Assembly: GCA_963755915.1 (NCBI GenBank) | Contig: CAVWLP010000002.1 | Span: 864,001-928,000, forward strand | Reading direction: 5' to 3' | Length of the DNA: 64,000 nt | From: an uncultured Phycisphaerales bacterium | GTDB taxonomy: Bacteria; Planctomycetota; Phycisphaerae; Tepidisphaerales; Tepidisphaeraceae | Notes under the pieces: model-generated | What the model saw: only the letters and a program-made list of their open reading frames with translations | The model's database searches: none | What the model was told of the DNA's origin: nothing | Shown: one piece after another, positions 53,448 through 61,927 of the stretch | How positions within the stretch are numbered: the first letter of the stretch is position 1 | Layout: every line of letters begins with the position of its first letter | Program-made: the position numbers and the translations under genes

Positions 53448-53800
53448 ATGGCCACAACAATTGCGCAAAACGGAGTCACGCGATACTTTCTCGAAGCCCT
53501 GGGCAAATTCGCCACGGCACGATTACGACAAGTCGGCGCCGCCCGAGTTCACCCCCAGTGGGAAGATCGCGCCGAGGTTTGCGAACGCTGCTCACTGCGC
53601 GTGGTGAGCTGCGGCGTTTCCTTTTGCGGAAACCCGTTCTTGAAGCAGTTAGACCGTGACCCGGCCGTCGATGGCTGCGGCTGCCCCTGCCGCGACAAGG
53701 CGAAGAGCCCCGGCGAACATTGCCCGGTGGATGCGCATTACCAGGCGGTGGGGGTTACGGAGGGGAAGTGCAATTGCAAATGGTGCCGGGCAAATTCGAA
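53448..53800 (+). CDS. Small Cys-rich putative metal-binding protein; 3' end uncertain
   Basis: CERC..C....C....CGCPC.......HCP....CNCKWC; the ORF then reads through heptamer repeats and antisense to pduO. Confidence 0.55.
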
Positions 53801-53928
53801 ACTCGAATCCCGGCGCCGGGACAAATCGAAATTCGAAGCTCGAAGAAGTCGGGGTGTAGCGCCCCACCGTTTAGCCGCAACCCCCGCAGGGGTGCGCTTT
53901 TCTCGCTTTCCCGGAATCCTGCCCCAAT

Positions 53929-54467
53929 TCAAACCGGGTTCTCCCAGGGTATGTCCTTTATTTTGCGCAGTAGTTCGCAAATCTAGCCTGCACAAACAGC
54001 CAATCACTAAGCCGGTTCAGATACGTCAGCAGCGTCGGCGGAACCGGCCGATCATGCGAAAAATCCACCAGCACCCGTTCCGCTCGCCGGCAGACCGCCC
54101 GGGCAATATGAAGCCGGGCGGCTGATTCGCCGCCGCCGGGCAGAATGAAATTTCTCAGGGGTTCCAACTTTTCCGTTGCCGCGTCGATTTCCATTTCCAG
54201 GCGGTCGATACTCGAGGATTCCAGTGAGGGCAGATGGGCCGGGTGCGGCCCATTGGCCGCAAGCTGCGACCCGACAATGAATAGCTCGTTTTGAATGGGC
54301 AGAAGCTTGGCGGCAAGCTCGGCCGATTGAACAGCCGCCCAGCCGATGACGGCATTAAGCTCATCGATGGCGCCCATGCAGGCGATGCGAGCGTCGGACT
54401 TGGGAACCCGGGAGCCGCCGATCAGCCCGGTGGAACCGTCGTCGCCGGCTTTGGTGTAGATCTTCAT
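53929..54467 (-). CDS. ATP:cob(I)alamin adenosyltransferase (PduO type)
   Basis: MKIYTKAGDDGSTGL, GAIDELNA, FILPGG, ARAVCRRAER, YLNRLSDWLFVQAR; probable frameshift near 53970. Confidence 0.9.
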
Positions 54468-54555
54468 TGGGGAGATTGTCTGCGGTTTTTGGGGGTTTGT
54501 CATGGGGCGGGGGAGCGCTCCCCTTCTGGTCGCGGCCAAACTAAAATGTAGGGGA

Positions 54556-55225
54556 ATGTCGGATGCATGGATTTTGGCGTGCTTCGTGCCAGCGGCCTAT
54601 TTGATCGGTTCGGTCCCCTTCGGCCTGCTCGTCGGCAAGGCCAAAGGAATCGATCCCCGCAAGGCAGGCAGCGGCAATATTGGCGCAACCAACGTCGGCA
54701 GACTCCTCGGCGGAAAATATTTCTGGCTCGTCTTCAGCCTCGACATGCTCAAAGGCGCACTCCCCGCTTTGGCAGCAGGAACAGTAATTGGCTATCGCAT
54801 CACTGATTGGGTGACCTGCCTCCTGTGGATGGCCGTCGCCGCCGCCGCGGTGCTGGGGCATATGTGCAGCCTCTTCCTGAAATTCAAAGGCGGCAAGGGC
54901 GTCGCCACCAGCGCGGGCATGATGATCGGCATCTTCCCCTTTTACACCCTGGCCCTGATCCCCGGCGCGATCGTCTTTGTGATCGCCTTCCTTTTGACCA
55001 AATACATCAGCGTAGGCTCGATCTCGGCGGCGTTTGCGTTTGCCGTTGGGTATATCATCATCGGATTGATCGAGCACTGGCCAATCACCGGCGCCCAGCT
55101 TCCCCTGCTCTGTTTTGCCCTGGCGCTGCCGGCACTGATCATCTATAAGCACCGCGGCAACATCGCCCGCCTGCGCCGGAACGGAGCCGCGATTTGCGGC
55201 AAAGGCATCATGCGAATCAAAGTGA
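54556..55225 (+). CDS. plsY: Glycerol-3-phosphate acyltransferase PlsY
   Basis: YLIGSVPFG, GSGNIGATNVGR, DMLKG, GH...FKGGKGVATSAG, HRGNIARL; GTEPRF end lies in a shifted frame. Confidence 0.9.
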
Positions 55226-55407
55226 ACGGACAGGATTTTGAGGCTGCCGAGGGGGCGGATATTCATGCGCTGCTGAAGGCGCATAACCTGACGGCGGACA
55301 AGGTGGCCGTGGAGGTTAATCGGCGGCTGGTGAGGGGGGATAAGTATGATACGAAATTGAAGGGCGGGGATGAGGTGGAGATTGTGACGTTTGTGGGAGG
55401 GGGATAA
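55210..55407 (+). CDS. thiS: Sulfur carrier protein ThiS
   Basis: MRIKVNG...VAVEVN...GDEVEIVTFVGGG (C-terminal GG). Confidence 0.92.
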   Translation: MRIKVNGQDFEAAEGADIHALLKAHNLTADKVAVEVNRRLVRGDKYDTKLKGGDEVEIVTFVGGG

Positions 55408-55447
55408 ACGGCAAAAGCCAAATGCCGAATCTTGCTAAATTGGTCGA

Positions 55448-56164
55448 TCAGATTTTCGATTCAGCAAGGCTTGGCTCGCCTACGACAAATTCCGGATCGA
55501 GCAGAGTCAAGTCACGTTGAAATCTGTTCTTAAGGGATCTTTGAAATTCTCGACATCTTTCAACGTCATTTCGATCGAAAAGAGATTTTCCTCGATTCTT
55601 GGCGATTGTCTCAACAGACCTCTGGTCGAGCAGCTCCAATGCGGCGTTGAGCACACGGTCAATTTTGGTCACGCGGTCTCGCACGGTCTTAGACGGCATC
55701 CCTGGTGCCACTCCCCAGAACTGCCCCGCTTCTCGGAAATACTTTGGCTTGGATGGGTCGGACAGCCATGCTTTAAAAACAGGATGCTCCAATATCCCCG
55801 ATAGAAGCGATTCAAGTTCGCGGTCAGCCTTCTCGCGAGTGACTCCATCGCCCGGTTTAAGCTGCGAAGCCTCGTGAAGTCCTGCGGCGGCGAGCCGATA
55901 AATCATTGGCCTAACCCGCTCTATCAGGCCCTGCCCAACGAGGCCGATAGAACCACGCCGATTGAGTTCCTTATTAATCTTTTCGGCGTCCGGAAACTCG
56001 TTTTCGAATTTTCGCAGGCCCCATGCCGCTTTGTCTTGGCGCCAAGCTTCCACGAGCAGATCTTCCGCGGAAAAGGTTTTTCCCAGGTCGCCTCCCGTTA
56101 GGCGTAAAGCCGCGAGAAGAGCCTGATCACGTAAACCTAAGCCCTTGACATCAACGTCTGGCAT
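55448..56164 (-). CDS. Hypothetical protein, N-terminal winged-helix-like domain
   Basis: FSAEDLLVEAW...WGL...PD...GLIERVRPMIYRLAAAG resembles a wHTH with wing; third gene of the island operon. Confidence 0.6.
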   Translation of the reverse strand: MPDVDVKGLGLRDQALLAALRLTGGDLGKTFSAEDLLVEAWRQDKAAWGLRKFENEFPDAEKINKELNRRGSIGLVGQGLIERVRPMIYRLAAAGLHEASQLKPGDGVTREKADRELESLLSGILEHPVFKAWLSDPSKPKYFREAGQFWGVAPGMPSKTVRDRVTKIDRVLNAALELLDQRSVETIAKNRGKSLFDRNDVERCREFQRSLKNRFQRDLTLLDPEFVVGEPSLAESKI

Positions 56165-56187
56165 ATCATTACCTAGCGTACGAACTT

Positions 56188-58534
56188 CTACGTTAACTCC
56201 TGTCCACTCGTGATGTAGGACTGAAGCTTTTCCCACATGGGCTGCATGAGAGACACCTGAAAGTTTTCGAGTGTGCGTTTATGGTTCGCCCAATATTCTA
56301 GCTTCTCATTCTCGCCCTTTCTGGTGAATTCTTCCATCATGTGCACCTGAGCTACCATCTCGATGAGCTTTTGAACGTGAAATGAGCGCCAACGAAGTAA
56401 ATCTTCATGGCGCGACTTGAAAAAATAAGAAGCTTCTGGGCTTCCCAAGTTCAACCACCAAATATTGGCCAACTCGTCACAAACCTCTTGCCAGAGTGTT
56501 GGCTGATCCGGGTTTGACGGACGAATTTTCCCAGTATCGGGATCGACGTCCTTGTCGGTGATGAGCAGTCGTGGAAATCCTCCGCCTCGCTGCCTCTCTT
56601 TCGGGTTAGGGATCACCGCGACTTCTGCTCGAATACGAGCCCAAATTCCGCCATTAGCCTCTTCCCCCGCGCCTGCGCTAATGGACGTGCGCCCGATCCG
56701 ATTCCCCGTGACTTGCCCCCACGGGGAAACTCTTACTATCAGCTGATCGGGGGCATCGTGTGCCCAGTTCAATAGAACATTCGTCGCGCGGTTGCCCTCA
56801 TCGTTCGTCACCTGAGCCGTAATCGGTTTGCGATTGCCAAGTGGGATTTCGAGCGTTCTTGGTGTTAGAAGTACGTGATCAACCAACCACACTTCGATTT
56901 CAACGCGAGGAGATTCGATCTTCTGGCCCTTCACGCGGCACCAGATATGGCATCCGCCTTTGCGCGACGCCGTCATTCGGTCACCCGAGTTGAACTCGAC
57001 GACGTGCCGATCGCTGGAGAACCACTCCAGGTCAACGTGGGGGACAGTCTTGCCGTCTCGGTCGCAGACACGGCTGCCCAGGATGCCGGACATCCCCGAC
57101 GTAACGCCGGCGCCGATTCTAAGTGGCTGCGCAGCGTCCCAACTAATAAACTCGATCGACTCAGGCGTTTCTCCGTAATCCCGCGCCGGGGGTGTAGGCC
57201 GGAAGATAGGCCCCTTGCCATCACCAGAGCCTGTCCCGTCGCCGCCCGGCCCCGCGCTTTCAAGAAATTGGTTCTTAAACCGGTCCAACGCGGCGTTCTC
57301 TCGCTGAACCTCATCCAACGTGTGATCGTCGAGTTCTTGGCGACGGTGTTCATTGATCTCTTTGGCCAGTTCTTTGATACAGTCGCAAATGAAGCGGTCT
57401 ACCGCCGAGACGAGAGGTCCGTCGTTAGGCGCACGCGCCCAAGAGCGACGTAGTCCGGCTCAAACGCGCCGAGCTCAACAACGCCGTAAATGAAATCAGA
57501 ACCGGGTATACCAGACGCGAAATCGGAAACTGGCTTTGAACCAATGATGTGATTATGGTTAGCTTTGTAAGTGACCTTCCATCGCGGCTTCAAATTCTTA
57601 TGAGCTGTGCGCATGTTCTGGCGTGAAGTGTAAAGCACGAGCCGCCCGCGACTCCGAGCGCCATTAAGCGTCGTGGACTGATCCACGCCGGCCTCGTCCT
57701 TTAACAGTTCGGGGATCTCATACGCCGGGCGAGTTCGAAGCCGGGATACGGCTCGATAGGCTCAAGCTGTAGTGGTTTACCTTCATTTAGAATCGTGCCA
57801 TTCCGGACAGCGAAGAGCCGAAATTGCTCAATAGCAGCCGTCGCTTGGTCATGCCGCAAGAGTTTCGTCGTGAGGTCTACTGGAATGCGGCCTTTGAAGA
57901 AATCTTTTGGATCTAGTCCTTCCACCAACGTGAAAGCTTGCCGCTTTTCTATCGCATCGGTCACCGCGTGAGGCAACTCCTCAGGCTGAATGTCGTACAC
58001 CTTTAGAGCCTCGCTCAATTCCGATCGCCACGACGCTACTGGCAAATCGCGTGCAGCGGCATCGCTCGGGATGAAGCCTGGGCAACCGCGTTCCAGCGAT
58101 TGAGGCGGTCCCTCAAAACCCTTGCAATTCAGTTTTCCGTCACGGATGCCGAGGATACGAGCGCGACCGTTGAAGAGCTTGTACATGTAGGCCTTGGCGC
58201 CGTTACCCTGGGTTTGTTCTTCCGGAAGCGAGGACCCGCGGCCAGAGGCCGTAAAATCTTGCCAAACGCTCCACCTAGTAACGTCTTCGAGCGTAGCGCC
58301 ACCAACGTCCAAAACACCCAATGCGGCCGGGCCTTCGTATTCGGCATCCTTCATTAGCAACACCGCAACGCGCAATTCTTCCGGAACGCTGGCGCGGTCG
58401 GATTGATAGGCGCGTCTTACATTTTTCAGCCATTCGGCGAGCCCCTCAGCGTGAGTGCTGATCCATCTTGTGAGTGAGCGAAGTGTCCCGAGTTCGTGAA
58501 ACTCGATGCCGTTCTCATCGCGTTCAATGCTCAT
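56188..58534 (-). CDS. GHKL/MORC-like ATPase with C-terminal Ig-like domains (about 780 aa; frameshifts near 57730 and 57428)
   Basis: GLAEWLKN (N-box), VLDVGG (G1-like), QGNGAKAY (G2-like); three ORFs join as FE..YEIPELLKDE and GRVRPNDGPLVSAVDRF; LEWFSSDRHVV and VSPWGQVTGNRIGRTSISA resemble Big_2 Ig-like domains. Confidence 0.65.
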
Positions 58535-58551
58535 AAATCCCACCTATATAA

Positions 58552-59169
58552 CTATTCCCCATTGGGCTGAGCCGGTAAACGTTCCCAGCGTGCTTGAACC
58601 TCTGCTCGCCACTCGGATGTTCCGGGAATCGAGTAGCCTTGACGCCCGTGTTGCTCCACTAGACCGCACTCGCGTAACCAGTTCAGGCAGAGATATGGCT
58701 GATAGGACGGAATTTCGCTGCCATCGCCCGTCGTCAGAGGCAAAACATCGTTCATCGAAAACTGCCTGCTTTTGCGGCTCGCTTTAACCAATGCCTCCAC
58801 CAGCGAGAATAACACTGCCTTGGGAGCCTTGTGCTCGTATTCCCCCTCTGATTTGGAATAGCCAACCTTAATCAGCCAGTCTTCTCGCCCATAAAATTTA
58901 GGGTACTCAGATCTTCGACCCCTCTTTCGCTTGAATGTTGCCGCGTCGGCTGCGCTAGGTTGGCCCTGCCCAGCCGCAACGCCCACCCCAATCTCTTGTG
59001 CGTGCCCTCCGATCGCCCTAGACCATTTGTCCGACAGAGCTCCAATCGCTCGCGCGATGTCCAAGACAGTGGCGGCGCGGTCATAGTTTCTCGACGAGGC
59101 ATATTCTCCGGACAGCTTCGCGAGCGATTCCTCAGCACCTACTAAGATTTCGTGAACCTTCTGATCCAT
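58552..59169 (-). CDS. Hypothetical protein, basic linker + C-terminal wHTH-like domain
   Basis: KRKRGRRSEYPKF...LIKVGYSK...YEHKAP...PSYQPYLCLNWLRECGLVEQHGRQGY; first gene of the island operon. Confidence 0.65.
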   Translation of the reverse strand: MDQKVHEILVGAEESLAKLSGEYASSRNYDRAATVLDIARAIGALSDKWSRAIGGHAQEIGVGVAAGQGQPSAADAATFKRKRGRRSEYPKFYGREDWLIKVGYSKSEGEYEHKAPKAVLFSLVEALVKASRKSRQFSMNDVLPLTTGDGSEIPSYQPYLCLNWLRECGLVEQHGRQGYSIPGTSEWRAEVQARWERLPAQPNGE

Positions 59170-59413
59170 ACAGGGAAGAATAATACAACGAAAATACTAA
59201 TTGTCAAATAAAAAATACAGATAAAATACAGGCAAAATGCTCTTTGGGGCCGTCGCGGCCTCGAAACGAACAGTTTGGCCAGCGGCCATCTCTTCAACTG
59301 TTCGCCAATTTTGGCCCATGCCCCTATTTTGTTCGAGAGTGTCACTTTTTGTAACCTTTTGTCACCTCGTTTCGGCATTTGGCCTTCGGCCTTCGCCGTT
59401 CTAAAATCCCCCC

Positions 59414-60232
59414 ATGCACCCCCTCCGCATCGGCAAATTCGAACTCTCCAGCCGCCTGTTCGTCGGAACGGGCAAATACGCTTCGTACGAGATCATGCAG
59501 GAAGCCCTGGCCGCCAGCGGCTGCCAGGTGGTGACCGTCGCTGTGCGGCGGGAACGGCTGATCGATAAACAGGGGCGGTTGATCCTGGATTTCCTGGACC
59601 TGAGCAAATATGTCATTCTGCCGAACACGGCGGGTTGCTTCAGCGCGGAGGATGCGATCAGGGTGGCGCTGCTGGGGAGGGAACTGCTCGAGAAGCAAAA
59701 GAATCCGGGGGCGAACTGGGTGAAGCTAGAAGTGCTGGGGGATAAGAAGACGCTGTTGCCGGATCCGATGGGATCGCTCGAGGCGACCAAGGAGCTGGTA
59801 AAGGAAGGGTTCACGGTGTTGTGCTACAGCAGCGACGATCCGATCGCGGCCCGGCGGATCAAAGAAGCCGGTGCGGCGAGCGTAATGCCGGCGGGAAGCC
59901 CGATCGGGTCGGGGCAGGGCGTTTTGAATCCGCTGAATATTTCGCTTTGCCTGGAGACGCTGAAGGAGGGGGATAAGAATTATCCGGTGATTGTGGATGC
60001 GGGAGTGGGGACCGCGAGCGATGTGGCCGTGGCGATGGAGTTGGGAGCCGACGGTGTGCTGCTGAATACGGGGGTGGCGCACGCCAAGGATCCGGTGAAG
60101 ATGGCCGGCGCCATGAAGCTGGCGATCGAAGCGGGGAGATTGGCGTTTGAATCGGGGCGAATCGCCAAAAAGCGGTACGCGACGGCGAGCAGCCCGTTTG
60201 ATGGAGTGATCAGCTATATTCCAGGCGAGTGA
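59414..60232 (+). CDS. thiG: Thiazole synthase
   Basis: [48 protein letters not shown]. Confidence 0.96.
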   Translation: MHPLRIGKFELSSRLFVGTGKYASYEIMQEALAASGCQVVTVAVRRERLIDKQGRLILDFLDLSKYVILPNTAGCFSAEDAIRVALLGRELLEKQKNPGANWVKLEVLGDKKTLLPDPMGSLEATKELVKEGFTVLCYSSDDPIAARRIKEAGAASVMPAGSPIGSGQGVLNPLNISLCLETLKEGDKNYPVIVDAGVGTASDVAVAMELGADGVLLNTGVAHAKDPVKMAGAMKLAIEAGRLAFESGRIAKKRYATASSPFDGVISYIPGE

Positions 60233-60236
60233 GGGC

Positions 60237-61025
60237 GTGACTGAGGATTCGGGCAACAATTCTACTGACGGCCCCCACCCTAACCCTCTCCCCGGAGGAC
60301 TGCGTCCCGCGTACCAGGGGAGGGGAGAAGAGTTGTGGCGGAAGTTGGCCGATAAGGCGGGGGTAACTCTTGGGGCTGACCAGATCTCGAAACTTCATCG
60401 GTATCTGGATTTGCTGCTCGAAGCCAATCAGCGGATGAATCTCACGCGAATTTCTGATCGCGGGGCGGCGGAGCTTTTGCATGTTGCGGATGCGCTAACG
60501 GTTCTTGGGCATCTGCCGGAGGCGGAGCATCGGCTGGCGGACCTGGGAAGCGGCGGCGGGGTGCCGGGGATTGTGCTGGGAATTGCGCGGCGAAATTGCG
60601 CGGTGACGCTGATCGAATCGACGCGAAAAAAGGCGGATTTTCTCCGCGAGGCGGTGAAGATATTGGGTTTGGAGAATGTGTCGGTAGCGGCAATCCGCGC
60701 CGAGGAGGCGGGGCGAGGGAAGATGCGGGAGGGGTTTGACGTGGTTGTAGCGCGGGCGGTAGGGGTTTTGCCGATCTTAGTCGAGTGGATGCTGCCTCTG
60801 GTGAAGGTTGGGGGCCAGGGTTTGGCGATGAAGGGGCCCAAGGGGCGGGAGGAAGTTGAGCAGACGAAGGGGGCGATAACGGCGCTGGGGGGCGGGAAGG
60901 TGGAGATCGTTTCAGCCGAACTGGAGGGGGCGGAGGGGCACGTGATTGTGAAAATCGGCAAGATACGGCCAACACCGGCCAGGTTTCCGCGGGATGCATC
61001 GATTTCCAAGGGAAAGCCGATATAG
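60237..61025 (+). CDS. rsmG: 16S rRNA m7G527 methyltransferase
   Basis: NQRMNLTRI, HVADAL, DLGSGGGVPG, ESTRKKADFL, RAE, VVARAV, KGP. Confidence 0.92.
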   Translation: MTEDSGNNSTDGPHPNPLPGGLRPAYQGRGEELWRKLADKAGVTLGADQISKLHRYLDLLLEANQRMNLTRISDRGAAELLHVADALTVLGHLPEAEHRLADLGSGGGVPGIVLGIARRNCAVTLIESTRKKADFLREAVKILGLENVSVAAIRAEEAGRGKMREGFDVVVARAVGVLPILVEWMLPLVKVGGQGLAMKGPKGREEVEQTKGAITALGGGKVEIVSAELEGAEGHVIVKIGKIRPTPARFPRDASISKGKPI

Positions 61026-61131
61026 CAGTGGGTCAACTGGGCAATGTATGGATATAATTGGCAGACTGCCCACTGGGCAAGCGCCTCAAGGTTGACGTGC
61101 GCTTTCGAGCCGCCGCCAGGAAAGGTTTTCT

Positions 61132-61848
61132 ATGCTCGTGCTGACCCGCCAGCGAGATCAGATCATCATGATTGGGGATGACGTGGAGATTACCGTGGTT
61201 GATATCCGCGGCGACAAAGTGCGGCTGGGGATCACCGCGCCGATGAGTGTGAAGGTTTATCGGCGTGAGGTTTACGATCAGATTCGCGAGGAGAACCGGG
61301 CCGCGGCGCAGATGGTTCCGGCGGATCTGGTGAACATTCCAGCCACGCCCCCCCCGCCGGCGCCGGTGGCGATCGAGCCGCAGCGGGCGACGTTTCCGCG
61401 ACTGGCGGCCGAGAGCCGCGACCCGTTCATGCAGGCGGCGATTGATGAAGCCTTACTGGGCCTCAGCGAGGGAGGATTGCCGATCGGGTCGGTGCTGGCG
61501 CGCGGAAATCAGATTATCGGGCGCGGACACAATCGCCGCGTGCAGCGCGGGGATCCGATGGCCCATGCGGAGATCGATTGCCTGACGAATGCCGGGCGGC
61601 AGAAGACATATGCGGACACGGTGCTCTATTCGACGCTGATGCCCTGTTTTCTGTGCAGTGGAGCAGTCGTGCAGTTTGGCGTGCCGAGGGTGGTCGTGGG
61701 AGAGAGCGTAAATTTTGGAGGCGGGCCGGAGCTGATGCGCTCGAAGGGAATTGAAGTCGTGGATTTGCACGATCGGGATTGCATTGAAATGATGGGGCAA
61801 TTCATCCGGCAGCATCCGGAGCTTTGGAATGAGGATATCGGGAAGTAA
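61132..61848 (+). CDS. csrA: CsrA (carbon storage regulator) fused to a Zn-dependent cytosine/nucleoside deaminase
   Basis: aa 1-55 MLVLTR...IGDDVEITVVDIRGDKVRLGITAP..V.VYRRE; Pro/Ala linker; DPFMQAAIDEA...PIGSVL...GHNRR...HAE...PCFLC...WNEDIG. Confidence 0.88.
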   Translation: MLVLTRQRDQIIMIGDDVEITVVDIRGDKVRLGITAPMSVKVYRREVYDQIREENRAAAQMVPADLVNIPATPPPPAPVAIEPQRATFPRLAAESRDPFMQAAIDEALLGLSEGGLPIGSVLARGNQIIGRGHNRRVQRGDPMAHAEIDCLTNAGRQKTYADTVLYSTLMPCFLCSGAVVQFGVPRVVVGESVNFGGGPELMRSKGIEVVDLHDRDCIEMMGQFIRQHPELWNEDIGK

Positions 61849-61856
61849 TTAACGTA

Positions 61857-61892
61857 AGCCGGACCGGCCCGGGGACGGGCCGGCTCATTTTC
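61857..61892 (+). terminator. Putative terminator after csrA-deaminase
   Basis: agccgg..ccc...gggccggct hairpin followed by cattttc. Confidence 0.45.
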
Positions 61893-61927
61893 GGGGCAAT
61901 ACGGGATTGGAGATTCGGGGCCGGCAT

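Larger units (their letters stand above)
55407..59400. mobile_element. Inserted lower-GC island between thiS and thiG, bounded by inverted heptamer arms
   Basis: Separates thiS from thiG; opposite strand; visibly more AT-rich codon usage; arms AACGGC..GCCAAATGCCGAA (55407-55429) and its reverse complement (59371-59400); no integrase or transposase seen. Confidence 0.65.

Noticed and set aside
54502-55407. Apparent PlsY-ThiS fusion ORF
   Set aside because: The normal PlsY ending (GTEPRF...*) is present in a shifted frame after ctgcgccgga, and thiS has its own ATG at 55210; best explained by an indel.
59240-59413. TPP riboswitch upstream of thiG
   Set aside because: No CTGAGA core or recognisable TPP fold; the region consists of repeats.
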